A DNA stretch of 63,709 nt, the filler included, from Parasitella parasitica NRRL 2501 (lineage: Eukaryota; Fungi; Mucoromycota): the NCBI GenBank assembly GCA_025201805.1. It is 10 parts of 10 records of this genome, joined end to end, with 100 filler letters (N's around TTAATTAATTAA, not from the genome) between each part and the next. Parts side by side here need not be neighbours in the genome. Positions count along the whole stretch, not along the records: positions 15,852 to 35,056 come from MU619415.1; positions 35,157 to 46,777 come from MU619356.1; 8 more parts are not named here. One strand, given 5' to 3'. The translations under genes were made by a program, and so were the position numbers. Below the pieces are notes generated by a model. It was not told the DNA's origin. It was given only the letters and a program-made list of their open reading frames with translations, and did no database searches. This document shows, one piece after another, positions 23,074 to 36,997 of this stretch; the stretch's first letter is position 1; each line of letters opens with the position of its first letter.

Positions 23074-24812
23074 ATGAGCCAAAATAGCTGCAAAAAGTTT
23101 GAACAAGATGCGGACAATTCTGAAGTATTAGAAGATGATAACAAGAGTATCATCATGGGCCTCATTGCTCAACTAAGAAAAGGAACCGATCTTTCTCGTG
23201 TTACTCTACCAACTTTTGTTCTGGAGCCAAGAAGTATGCTCGAAAAGATTACTGATTTCATGAGCCATCCTGATCTTTTGGTCAAGTAAGTATCACCATG
23301 GAAGCTAAAATTTATATAATGACAGATTAATCATCTTGTCTTCAATAGGGCATCCAAAACAAATGATCCCACTCAAAGATTTGTAGAAGTTTGTAGATTC
23401 TTTCTCTCTGGCTGGCATATCAAGCCAAAAGTAGGTCCACATGTCTGAAACCTATTATAAATGCTAACTAATCTTTTCTTCATTGATAATCCAGGGTGTC
23501 AAGAAGCCTTACAATCCCATCCTTGGAGAGTTTTTCCGTTGTGAATATAATTTAAATGATGGCTCGAAAGCAATCTATATCTCTGAGCAGGTGTCTCATC
23601 ACCCTCCGATTTCAGCATATTATTATTCTTTACCAGAATTGGGTATTTTTGTTACTGGCGAAGCACATCCAAAGGCAAAGTTTCTCGGGAACAGTGCTGC
23701 TACAGTTATGAAAGGCTATACTCGCATTGTCTTTAGTGAATTGAACAACGAAACCTTTGAAATATCGAATCCCAATGTTTATGCCCGTGGAATCTTATGT
23801 ATGCTTCATCTAATAAGCACTACTCTGTTTCGCATCATTAATTAATGCTTGTCCCTTTTGTAGTCGGAAAAATGATCATGGAAATGGGTGATCAGTCTAC
23901 CATCAGATGCCAATCGCTCGATCTTATTTGCGAACTGGATTTCAAAACCAAGGTACTTCTATGATATGATAAACTTGGATTGCTTTAATGTCGTTCAACC
24001 TTTCATGTCAATCCTATAGGGTTATTTCTCCGGTCAATATCATTCAGTTACTGGCAAAATTAAACGCATTTCAACAGATGAAATTCTCTATGAACTATCT
24101 GGCGTTTGGACTGAAGAGTTATTTATCAAAGAAAAGGTAGTTTGAGATTTAGAATGCATGGAAACAAATTGTGTTAACTTGGTTGTGCGGCAGAACTCAT
24201 CAAAAGAGTCATTCTTTAATGTTTCAGAGCATTCTGTTATTGCTAAATCTGTCGAGCCTTTAGATAATCAAGAATGGAATGAATCAAGAAAGTAAGTTGT
24301 AGAGCTTAGTTTTACCGTTTTTACGGACCCAGAACCAGACAGCTCTTGGTTAGGGCTGTGCTATCGATAGACTTTGGACTAACTTCCGCTCCCTAACCTT
24401 TTCTATCAACAGGTTATGGTCAAAGGTAACTGCTGGATTAGCTACCAAAGACATGGATGTCGCTACAGATGAAAAAACATTCATTGAAAATAGACAGCGC
24501 GAGGAAACAACTGCACGTCAAAAGAGTGGTCTGCAGTGGCATCCTCGTTTTTTCACTATCAACAAGCATGAAGAGTATGAATTTAATGGAGTAGCAGGGT
24601 AATACTCAATTCTTTTTTTACACAACATCCAAACTAAAATTTATGCACTTAGAATTGATTTTAAAAACCTCTCACAAGCAAAAGAACACCTTGAAAAACA
24701 CATATTTGCTCATACTCCTCCTGCAGTTTCTCCTGCAGCTTCAACAGAGACAGTATTGAATGAACAAGATCAGAAAGCGCTCATCTCTGACCGTAAGCCG
24801 ATTGCTGCTTGA
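23074..24812 (+). CDS. Oxysterol-binding protein-related lipid transfer protein, Osh6/Osh7-like
   Basis: EQVSHHPP signature, KKPYNPILGE, lid motif DLSRVTLPTFVLE; multi-exon, TGA at 24810-24812. Confidence 0.93.
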
Positions 24813-25915
24813 ATAACCTCTCTTCTTTGTTTTATATGCATATAACCTTCAATCTCGTTTACTTGATTCCCAATCGTCATATTGCTTAGTTTACAGGTTT
24901 TAAGCTAAAATAGCATCATGAAAAATTTAATATATTTATATATATTTCAATTTCTGATATTTTTTGAGCATGAGCTACATAAAAGCGATTTATTCATAAA
25001 CCCGACATATTGTCAAAATGTTTGTAATGCGCTGCACGAGATTTGGTTGGATAATTAAAGCTCAAATATGTTTACCTCGTGGTTTTTGGTGTATAAACCA
25101 TGGCTTATCATAAGAAAATACATTGGAAATTTGATTGCTGCGTAGCTGAATGGTAGTGATATTAGACTTGCCCCAACTTTTATCAAGTGCCTTAAAATTG
25201 GGTTGGTTCAAGTTGAAATCCGATACACTCGTAGCTACATGAAGTTCTCAACTAACTCATATGTTTCAATCTTAATTTCAAGATCATGAATTAGAGAAAA
25301 TACGCCCATTTCGCGCTTATTAATTTCCTTCCGAAGTATAGCTTCAGGGCTTTACTAGTATAATTGTAATGTTACCAAAGAGCAGGAGATAAGAGGGTAT
25401 TAATTGTCTGTCAGCTTCTGAAAATTCTATAAAGATTTTGTTTGTAAATACTGTACTTCCACTCCCAATTTACCGAATTTTTGAAACTAACTCGACCAGC
25501 TGTTTGAAGCTAATTTTACCAACTTTCAATATTGAGTTGACAAGCTTTTTGACTTTTTACCAAATTTTTCAAATGAATTTTTTTCGTGAAGACAGTAGAG
25601 TGGAATAGTAGACGAGTCTGGCAATGAAGCAGCTGCTTTTATTGTAAACCCGTCATTCAAACCGATAAGCTTGACAAACCTGTAATTGACATTAGCCAGT
25701 TTTGTAGCTTCTGCTGGTATAATAGGCTTCTCCTAAATAAAAAAGAAGTATCGCAATCGATATTCGGTGGTGTAAATATTGTACTCTGATAACCTTTTAT
25801 TTTTGGTATTGCTCCTTGCATATCAGTGTCTTTCGGTTCTTCCTCAACCATCTTTTTATTTTTGATATATTCATGAAGGCATTACTGATAAACGTTTGAA
25901 TTACAACGCTAACAT

Positions 25916-26308
25916 TTGCTGGAGAATCATACTCCATTTCTTTCCTATGTAGAAGACGCAACTAAATGGAACTCCGTTAGACCAACGACTCTCTCCTCCT
26001 GGGTCATCCAAACAATGTCTCTTGCCGGTATTGATACCACCGTCTGCAAGGCCCACTCTATACGAGCAGCTTCAAGCACCAAAGCGGTTGAGGGTAGTTT
26101 CTCTATCCAAACGGTCATACAACATGCCAACTGGAGTCTCAGATCCAATGCCTTTGAAAAACATTATTACAGACCTATGCACCAAGCGTCTACAAGTTCA
26201 GGCATAGCCCATTCCTTGTTCAATGTTACGGAGAAACCTACCATATCTGAAGTCGGAACGGAGTTAACTGGGATTAGGATAGATACGACATCTAATTCTC
26301 TTGAATGA
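25916..26308 (+). pseudogene. Tyrosine recombinase C-terminal fragment of a DIRS1/Prt1-like retroelement
   Basis: AGID..AHSIRAASST (HxxR), HANW and KHYY (catalytic Tyr); N-terminal part absent. Confidence 0.82.
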
Positions 26309-26825
26309 TATAAAATAGTATTTCCCCTCCCTAGTCCCTCCCTCAAAAAAAAAAGATTGAAACTTAGAAAGATATAAAAATACCAGAGAATTTTTTATTA
26401 TATATAACAAATAAAGCGTGGCTCAGAGAGTAAAATACCATGGCATTCAGTCTCCACTTCGTTTACTAGGGCGGACTTTTCAAAAATTCGGTAAATTGGG
26501 AGTGGAAGCACAATTTGTAAGAATTCATTTTGGATTGGATGATCAGAAATGTAAATACAATAAATGCAAAACTTTCATTTACAATCGCAAGTTTTCGATA
26601 GAAATTTAGCTCAAGACCATAGAGCAGGTAATGGTTATACATCCCTGTATCCAAAACTGATCTTAAATGAAGTGTATACCGTACGTTGTTGTACACAGAT
26701 AGATAACTCTACTCACACCCAGTCACTATACAGTATAATGTGTATACTTGTATGCCGGGAGAAAAAGTATAAACACAGCTTTCCTACGTTTCGCTTGGAG
26801 TTGTCCTTTTCTTTTATATTGAAAT

Positions 26826-28189
26826 ATGGATAAAACAGCTATCAAATCTGTCAAAGAGCACACGCCTGGAAGGTTAGGGGCATTTGCATTGAAGTTTCTG
26901 TCCGAGAATTCCTTCACATACAAGATATTTTTCGGTCCTGATCCACATAAAGTACGTCCCAAGGTTCTTTTCTTGTTGGCAGGCCTGTCAATTCTTCAGG
27001 TTGCCATATGGGTGATTGCCGTATGTGTTTTCAAGCCATACCCATCAATGGTTGGTACAGGCGCACTTGCGTATACTCTTGGTCTTCGCCATGCAGTCGA
27101 TGCCGGTACGATTTTTTCAGTTATCAAACTACTCATTTACTCACGCAGTTATACGTAGATCATATCTCTGCCATTGATAATGTCACCCGTAAGCTGCTCA
27201 ACAATAATCAGCATCCCGTCTGTGTAGGCTTATTCTTTTCACTCGGTCATTCTACTGTTGTTTTCATCACATCCATCATTGTTGCTGCGACTGCCAATGC
27301 TGTGGCCAGCAATATTGAAGATTTTTCCGAAATTGGTGGATTGATTGGTACATCTGTATCCATCACATTTTTGGTTTTGATTGCCATTCTTAATTTGGTT
27401 TGTATGATCGGTGTAATAAAAACAATGAAGCGAGTCAAAAAGGAAGGTGTTTACACGGAGGTTGATATAGAGGAATACTTGGCCAACAAAGGGATCCTTG
27501 GCCGTTTTTTCCGTCCTGTATTTAGATTTGTGAATGCTTCGTGGAAGATGTATCCTCTTGGTTTTTTGTTTGGATTAGGTTTTGATACAGCCTCCGAAGT
27601 TACTTTATTGGGTATCACTGCTGTTCAGGGCGCACAGGGCATGTCAATGTGGCTGATCATTCTGCTCCCGATCCTTTTTGCATCAGGTACCTCGTAGGAC
27701 ACAACAATGTTAAATATTTCCTAAAATTGATATTTATTAGGCATGGCTTTAATTGATTCGCTCGACAGCATGCTAATGCTTTTCACCTACACCTGGGCTT
27801 ACGTTAATCCGGTGAGAAAGTTGTTTTATAATTTGACCATCACAACAATTAGTGTTGTAGTCGCTGTTGTAGTTGCTTTGATCGAATTGTTTTCTTTGAT
27901 TGGAGAGCAGCTGGAGTTGGACAATGGATGGTGGAGATTTTGGTATTTCTTGGCTGACAGTTTCGAGTGGATCGGTATCATCATTGTTGGTGCCTTCATC
28001 ATCACTTGGGGAATCAGTGTCGTTGTTTATCGTCTTGCTGGTTATAGAAACTTGGAAAAAGAATTTGATGATTTCAAGCCTGAAAAAATTCAGAAACAAT
28101 CTGTAACAGATGAGCTGCCAAAGGACATTGAAGAAGGTGTGAAAACTGAGATTGACTCAATACAAGGCGAAGAGAAGATTCAATGTTGA
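26826..28189 (+). CDS. High-affinity nickel/cobalt permease (NiCoT, Nic1-like), 3 exons
   Basis: GLRHAVDA|DHISAIDN, FFSLGHSTVV and LGFDTASE signature motifs; multiple transmembrane segments. Confidence 0.95.
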
Positions 28190-28394
28190 TCAGGCAACAT
28201 TTCTCGAAATGTGAAAACACATCATATCCAACGATCAATGATGGTCGTTTATAAAACTTTTTTTTTATTTTTTTTTTTGCTTAGCATTCATAGTGTAACA
28301 TATTCACATAATTAACACATAATAAACAGTTTAGATTGTAAAATACCTTTTATATCTTTTCTCTCTCATATCTCAAACATCTACTCATTGAAGA

Positions 28395-29064
28395 ATGAGG
28401 CTTATGGCCGTATTGCTCTATACGTTATCATGTCTATTTGCGGTAATGGCTTTATCAAATGAAACTGAAGGTACCGCAAACACACAAGTATTGCAGCGGA
28501 CAACGTCCAAAACATCTGTGCATTTGTGCGGGAGTAAACACGGGATATTCAAGTAAGTAACAAGCATAATCTCACAATTCGTTTCGGTTGTTTTGAGCCA
28601 CACCTTATTCCTTAGGATTGATTACATTAAGCTTAACCCTAACCCACCAATAAAGGGCCAAATGTTGAATATAGAATTCAGTGGTTATTTAGAAGAAGAA
28701 GTGCCACGTTACTCATACATTGATCTTTCTGTAAAATTAGGTTTCTTCGAGGTAATCCATACAAAGATTGATCTCTGCTCAGAAGCATTGATACATGGTC
28801 CGTCTTGTCCTGTTACTATTGGGCCGTATCATTATTCAACTAATATTATGGTGCCTTTCACAATACGTAAGTAGTGCATGAAACGGGCCTGCAAAATAAA
28901 ATACTAACAGTTTTCGTAATAGCAAATGTAAGCTTTGTTTCACAGAATCCAATCAATCATAACTGAAGAAATTATTCATTTAGGGTGATTACTCGGTAAA
29001 TGCAAACATTGTCACACCACAGGGTGTACGAATTACTTGCTTGATAGTGGATGCCTCGCTTTAG
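28395..29064 (+). CDS. Secreted ML-domain (NPC2/PG-PI transfer-like) lipid-binding protein, 4 exons including a 5-nt microexon
   Basis: Signal peptide; LNPNPPIKGQML, VKLG..DLC..SCPV..G, GDYSVNA..ITCL pattern; TAG at 29062-29064. Confidence 0.88.
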
Positions 29065-32000
29065 ATGAGACTTTTTAATAAACACAAAGGTTCAGTTACA
29101 ATTATTGCTGATGATTTTAATTGAACAAAGCTTATTTTTGAGACCTCCTATAAAATCTTGAGGATTGATTCTAACTTTCGGACAACATTCAGAACCATTT
29201 TTAGGTACGAATTTGCGGTCCTTACTACACTTCGCAATTTCCAATGCCATTTGTCTTTGTTATCGAGATACCGTCAAAATTATCTCTTTTGAGCGAGATA
29301 TTCCAGAAAAATCAGGATTGCTAATTACCTTTTTGGATGGCTAAAAACAAAAAATCGTTGGTTGATTTGGTCGAGGCAAGATTTTAATGTGATGAATCGA
29401 ATGGTTAAGTTATTTGTGTAGAATGTGCTCAAAATATGGTCACTTGTAGCCAAAAACTATCAAAAACGAGACTTTTGTCTGTTTAAAATTTGATAATATT
29501 AAAAAAAAAAAGTGTTTACAAAGACTTTAAATGGTTAGATGAAGAATTTGTTTGTTGTTAAAAAAACACTTGATACGCATATCCGATATACCTATTATTT
29601 GAGATATTGGCAATGAAAGATTTACGAACCGTCTCGACTCAAATGGAGCATACTATTAAAATTAAAATTTTTACTACTGCTGAATAATCACTTCAAATAA
29701 GTGCGCCATCTGTTTTCAACTGAGGAGCAAAGCATGGTCCTAATAGGTATCTTGGTTATGTCTCACTATGAATTAATAGCTATAATGCCGCATAATAAGG
29801 TCTTAAAAGCATTTTTATATACCTTCATTTTTTGGATGAAATAAATACTACTAAATCTGAAATATTAACCTTTCCCCTGCTTGAAGGCATAATTCGCAAC
29901 CTCTGGTATATTTACAAACTATTAGGCTATAGACACACAACCTCCAGCCAAAATCTTCTTCTTCAGTACTATTCTACATCATTTCCAAGTCTCATGCACT
30001 TGTGATCATTTTTCAGATTTTGCTCTGTTTGAACTTCAAACCTCATATTCGATTTTCAGTTTTTAACTTTGGGACATCCTTCAAGGTCATTTTCAGGCAC
30101 GAACCTACTATTTGTTGTGTCACTTCATCAGCTCATATTCTTGGTAGATCAACCTTAACAATGAAGAGCTATAATAAATCACCAATTTATAATATTTACA
30201 TCAGTTGGTTTATTATAATTTGTCCAACAAGCTTTATAATGGTGACATTGCATTTGTGAAAAGGTGCGCTTATATTATGCATATTTGACATCTATCCATC
30301 AAGCATCGTAGCTAATATTTGTATAATCGAATGATTGTACTTCACTCAGTTAATTTAGACACAGGCTTGATATATTATCAAGACCAAGTGGAGATGGAGT
30401 AACAGTCGGGACGACCAATTTTTTTTGTGGAAGTTGGAGCACTGAAATCGGTTATAAGTGATAATATGTTAAACGATATCTTGACCTCATTTCTGATAAA
30501 TCACTATTAAATTTTTTTTGTAAATTGAGTTGGGGAGGTCCCCATGTATGTACAGAACAGAATATTGGATTTATTATGTCTTTACTTGCTAGCAAATCAA
30601 AAGAAATAGTGGTCTAATTTTCTAGTACACTTAGAAAAATGCCGCTATTGCAATAAATTCCGTATCCCTGATATCAGAGATACATTCAAAGCTTTTAATG
30701 GCTTTTTTTCTTGAATACGGGTGAAGCCTACACGAAAGTTGTGGCATTATGCATAGCATTCTTGAACCACTTGTCATATATTTTAAACGAGAAAAATCGT
30801 TAGTTTTTGGTTACACTACTTTTGAAATTTCAGTAAATGATCGAAGCGTAGAATAGCCGTTTAATAAGATAACTGAAATAGGTTGATGGCTAGCTGTGCA
30901 TACCAGTAGCCGTTTTAAAAGAGACCGGGAAAAATATCGCCATTTTTATTTTGGGTGATAACGCTGTACTATCAAATATCAACATGTCTCAAAATGCTAG
31001 GGACACAAAGACGTACAAAAGGACCATCATTAACAACATAAAAAAAATCGAACTACACGTAATCGTACATAAAAAACTCACATAACAGATAGTGTCATTT
31101 CATGTAACTGTCAAAATGCTTGTCGATCAATCATTACTTGGTGCATAATAGATGGTTATATGCACAGCAAGTCTGTGCTGCAGCACACAAATTAAGATTA
31201 TGACCTAGTTTCCACCACAGGCTAGCAATTAGACTCAGTACGAGATTTACCAAATCATAATCATTTTAATATGACTGGCCAATTTTTTGTTATCAAAACT
31301 ATACACGTGAACAACCTAACATTACACACATGGTTTTGTGCGCATGAAACTTGAGTTGTAGCTATTCAAACAGTGTGATAGTATTTTTGACAGTTGTTGA
31401 TATTTAAGTTTGTATAGTAGTCTTTCAATGCAATTTAGGCTGTTTTCAATACAATGATCTGATCACACTCGAACCGGTTGAATTTAATAATGAAGTGATT
31501 CTAGTGTTATGCAAAAAATACAACAATTTTAGCTGAGCATGGTAATTGATACGTCGTACATTCATTCTTGGTTTCGGCAACATGTATATAAAAAGTAATT
31601 CAAGTTTTGTGGTTGTTTGTTTTACTAAAATGCCCCTAAATTTATTTACAAACCCATTTGGAATTTTTGCTTAAATACCATGAGAAACACTCAAATGTTA
31701 CATAAAATAGCTCTCTTTTCAAATACAGTATACATGACTAACACTAAATGAATCCAATGTCTATTGCAGTAGCTGAAAATGCTAATTTCAGGTACTTTGG
31801 GATCATCCCCTTGAAATGACCAATTTGAAGATTACGAATAGGCATCTGATGCGTTAAAATCAATTTGTTTTTAATTGAGAAGTACAAAACTTGCGCTGAT
31901 GTTGTTAGCAAATAAAGAATTTACATTAATGTAGTGTTATGCACCCATCATTATAAATTTCACTGTATCAACCATTGATATCACATATTATTCACGCTTT

Positions 32001-33446
32001 CCACTTTTATAACTAAAAAGACTATCAGAATTTTGAGCTATAATATGCATTGAACAGTTTGGAAATTGTTAATCCTCACAGATATACTACGCAGCGGGTA
32101 CTCTTTATTTTAATTGACATCTATTTGAAAGATTTGTACATATATCTTCAGGAACCCAATCGAAAAAAAGCCCTTAATAGAAAAAATTTTACATCTAAGT
32201 AATGAGGCTCGTTTCAACAGATGTTTATCAAAATACTCTTGATTCCGGTAAATCATACAGGCCTTGTTTCGTTGCAAGATAATGAAATTCTATTTGTGAT
32301 TTCTCACCCATGATCCTACATATATTTTAAATTGATCAAGTATGGGTAAATATTTGATAGAAGAATTTAAATTCCTTTTTAGATGACATGCATGATGCTA
32401 CATTACCGCTAAGCCAAATATTAGATAGCTCCTAATACTTGCTTCGTATCTATGAAACCAACGCATAACTAAGTGAGCGCCGAGAAACGGACAAGTATAC
32501 ATACTGGTTCTTGTTTTCTTATGTATTGCAATATTCGAAATCAGTTTCAAGCTAGTCATTTATAGTGTCCAGCATTCTATCCCATTATAACTATTGTGAT
32601 GAATGCCACAAAGTACAGATATTTGTTGTTCTAGATCAAGGTTTGAAATGATTCTGGATTGATTGGATATGTTTCAAGAAGAGGATGAGTTGATATTTAT
32701 GGCAGAAACCTACTATAGTATCTATGCAAAGCATATAAAAATTATCATCCAAATAAAAACACTAGATACCAGATGTATCATGTAAATAAGTTGTAAAAGT
32801 TACCACAATATGTGCTTTTTGAAGGTTTAAAAACACACTTTGATATCCAAAGGCTTCATACAATGATTAGGAAATAGGTCTTATTTATTTATTAGCTCAG
32901 GAAATCAGTTCGATTTGTCAATTAGTACCGCGTTATTCTCAGCGATCGAACTTGTGCCATGTATAGTAGCAGAAAGATCATTTCAGGCAAACAAAGTGTT
33001 TAAAATTCACACACAATCGATCGTTTTATAAGGTGCACGGGCGCGTGATTGTGCAACGTTCAAGATTTGATTTGTGTATTATAAGGATGTCTACGCTAAC
33101 TATGTTTAAGTTCAAGACAAAGACGCTATATGTATGCTATCATAGAAACCGGAGAATGGTGACAAACTTGTAGTACCAAAAATCTGTGTTGGTAAAAGAA
33201 CAATGCAAATGAACACAAATCAAGCCGAACCTGATCACGGGTCCCTCGAATATTAAAACTTTAAAAAGACGAGACAACGTAGCTTATGGAACCATGTCCT
33301 ACCTTAAACTGCCCTTCAAATCGCCGTTGAGATCAAACCTGTCTGCAGGACATGTGTCCCTTGTCTCCACTAAAAAATGAATATAAATACTGCCGATCTC
33401 TTAATTCTTTCCCTTTTTGCCTTCTTTCTTTTTTACAGCGAGCCAA

Positions 33447-34573
33447 ATGTTTCAAGGCTATCCCCAAAAGCATCCTATTGAAAGCTCAGCACATGACAAA
33501 GACCCGTACCTGCTATTTAACCAATTTCCTGGTGACGACAATGGAAATCCTACTCCTAGGAACAAATCAAGATCTACGCCTTTACCAGTTGAAGCATCTC
33601 CTTACCTAAGCGAAAAAGAAGAGGCAGAGGCAGAAGATATCGAATCACCCGATAGCCAAAACTCCAAAAGGTAATACAATGGTGTTGGCTCCAACCAATT
33701 GATGTTAAAATACTAAACACACATTACCACCAACTAGCCGCCGCATGTCTTTGAATAAGGCTGAAAGAAGAGCAGAACATAATGCTATTGAACGTGCTCG
33801 AAGAGAATGTTTAAACTCCAAGTTTCAGCAATTGGCAGAAGCGCTTCCCAATCTTCATAATCATCGCCGTCCATCCAAAGGTCAGATTGTGGAAAAAGCA
33901 CTCGACTGGGTGAAGCAAAATATGTCTAAAGAAGATAGATACCAGTACCAAATTATCCAACTTCAAAATGAAAATAAACGATTGATGACTCAAATCAACA
34001 TTGTCCAAGAGCAGAATAGCAGTAATGTGTCACCTACAGCCTCATCTTCATCTTCGTCAACTTCTTCTCCTACTGTTTCTGCTCCGTTTCCAGCTGCTCT
34101 CTATCAACAACAATTTCCCGCTCATTCAACTCCAACAGCCATTGACACTCCCACACTACTCACCAGCATTAGCATCAATCACAAACTTAGAAATCCATCC
34201 TGTTACTATCCACCACGGCAAGCGGAAGAAATGTCTCCCATGTACGCTAATAATGCCATTGGGTATGGTCCTCAGCACAGCAATCTCAGCCCTAATCTAT
34301 CATTCAAATTAAACGACAATGACAGCAATTCACCCTCTGAAGGCCAGCAGCAATTACAAATGTCATACAATGACATGTCACAATGTATAGGTAAGATTAT
34401 GTTTTTGTATTTCGCTTTAAATATTTATTGTTGCATTAGTTTTCGACATGGACCACCCTTTAGCAGTTGAATCTATATGGTCATCAGCTCCTGTACCGAG
34501 CAATTCAGGCTCTAGCGATAATGCACAATATACATATCCAATTGGTCATCCCATGTATACTACACATCTTTAA
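33447..34573 (+). CDS. bHLH-ZIP transcription factor (Max/Mlx-like), 3 exons
   Basis: ERRAEHNAIERARRECLNSKFQQLAEALP..SKGQIVEKALDWV plus zipper; introns 33671-33737 and 34391-34438 keep frame. Confidence 0.9.
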
Positions 34574-34731
34574 CTCATGCTCAATTTAATCGTTTAATTG
34601 TACCTAATGCCATAACCACCCATTGTACACTTTATTTATATTATTCTTAGTAAACATATGAAAATTCACTATTTCTTTACTTTTATCTTATCACTTTTGC
34701 ATAAAGTCAAATCATGCAGAGCCATGTATAT

Positions 34732-34783
34732 GTTTGCATTTTTGCATTTTTGCATTTTTGCATTTCGCATTTCGCATTTTTGC
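34732..34783. repeat. Tandem 7-8-mer (TTTTGCAT/TTCGCAT)x~7 downstream of the bHLH gene
   Basis: tttgcatttttgcatttttgcatttttgcatttcgcatttcgcatttttgcg. Confidence 0.85.
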
Positions 34784-35252
34784 GTAACAAACAATTCGAT
34801 CGAAAATATTGAAAATCTACTTATAAATAGCAAGACTGTTACACAATGCACAGTAATCGTATGATATCTATTGCGCATGTATTGGTGAACATTAAATTTC
34901 ACTCAAATAAAATCGTGACCAAGGTCTCTATATAAACAAAAAATACTAAGACATAGAAACATCACCGAGGAAGTAACTGATAGATATTGTTCCTCTGATT
35001 GAAGAACAATATTTTTAAGATTTCACACAGAGATAAATCAGGAAACATATGCATCANNNNNNNNNNNNNNNNNNNNNNNNNNNNNNNNNNNNNNNNNNNN
35101 TTAATTAATTAANNNNNNNNNNNNNNNNNNNNNNNNNNNNNNNNNNNNNNNNNNNNTTCCTTCCTTTTCTTCTCTTTTCTTTGTCTTCTTCTCAACATTT
35201 GATTTCGCATCTGCTTCTCTTTCTCGCTTGCCCTCCCTCACTGCTTGTCTAA

Positions 35253-36920
35253 ATGTACTCACATCATCATTACAATCACGATAATATATCACGTGAGAAC
35301 GCCAATGCACATCCACTCGGAAGACCTGCATCTATGCCATCACTCTATGCTTCATCATCGTCAAACGACAATTACAAAGTAGTCAACGAAGATTTGATTG
35401 ATAGCCATCATCATCAGCAGCAGCAGCAGCACCGTGCAAGTTTGGACGGCCATGGTCCATACTCTAATTCTGGAGCAGCAGGAACATCAGGCTGGGCCAC
35501 GCATAGTGATAGTAACAACAGCAGTGGTTGGAATCACAATCACCATCACGACAGTAACATTGGAGGCAATCATAGTGGACATGGCGGTAGTAACAGTACC
35601 ACTTCTCCTCCCCCTCCTCATCACCACCAACCTCCTCTCTCGTCCATGATGAATACAAATCATGGAGATAGCAATGCTGCCTCTTCTTCTTCCTCTGCTA
35701 CCGCAACAACTCTTCATAACATCAAATCAAACATGGATCTGCCCTCTATTGATAAACACTACCCGCATCCGTCAAATGCCTCTGCTGCTGCTGCCGCTGC
35801 CGCTGCTGCTGCTGCTGCCGCTGCCAACTCGACCAATTTGATGTCTGCCTACAACAGCTCGTCAAACTACTTTGTTCCACCTACCACGACAAACACAGGT
35901 ATGTGCGCTTTTAAAGATATACATTTGCGCTGTTTATATAATAATACTCATTTTACTTGCAGTTTATAATAGCCCTCATATGTCTCATCCCCATCATCCA
36001 CCCCCTCCTCCCCATTCTTCCTCCCACCACCAGCAGCCGCAACAGCACCCACAAAATGCTGGTTACTCAACATACGGCATGGCTTCAACCATGCCAAGCC
36101 AAAGTCGTCATAGTCTAGTTGCTAGGCCCAAACTAACAACCACGTTATGGGAAGACGAAGGCACCATCTGCTACCAAGTGGATGCCAACGGCATCTGTGT
36201 GGCTAGACGTCAAGGTAATGTATACGTGTATACATGCACAAACAAACACGCTCCATGCCAACTAACCATGTGTGTTTGTGCAGACAACGATATGATCAAT
36301 GGTACCAAGCTGTTGAACGTAGCCGGAATGTCTCGTGGTAAGCGTGATGGCATATTAAAAAACGAAAAAGGTCGTGTGGTCGTCAAGGTTGGAGCAATGC
36401 ATTTAAAAGGTGTATGGTAGGTGGCTCCCTTGCAGCAATCGAAATATGTAGGTGATATGTATTCATACTTTTGACCCTAGGATCACTTTTGCAAGAGCCA
36501 AATTGTTGGCTGCACAGTACAAAATCCAAGAGATACTCTACCCTCTGTTTGTCGACGATCCAAGCGTCTTTTTGTATGCAACCGCTCTACATAATCCCAT
36601 CAACTCTAGCAGAATGAATGGCTTGAACGGCTACAGGACGCAGCAGTACGGCAGCTTCAGCTCGTCTTCTCCTTCTGCTGTTGCTGGCAGTGCGTCAAAC
36701 TCGTCGTCAAGCGTCAACCCTACATCGCCAACCAACTGGGATCGCCATAACAACGAAAATAGTAACTCGAGTAAGTTTAATCTATTTGCACGTACGTGTG
36801 TGTATCTTTGCGCGCGTATTGTTATTATTCTGCTTTTGCTAATTACCTGCTTCTGTTTCCCCCCCCCCTCCCTACCTTCCCCTCCATCCCCCACCCTCTC
36901 CCTTTTAACCTATTTTCTCC

Positions 36921-36997
<77 letters not shown>

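Noticed and set aside
16674-29064. VIP1-OSBP-ML as an inositide/lipid gene cluster
   Set aside because: Interleaved with RPS5 and NiCoT; no shared regulatory evidence.
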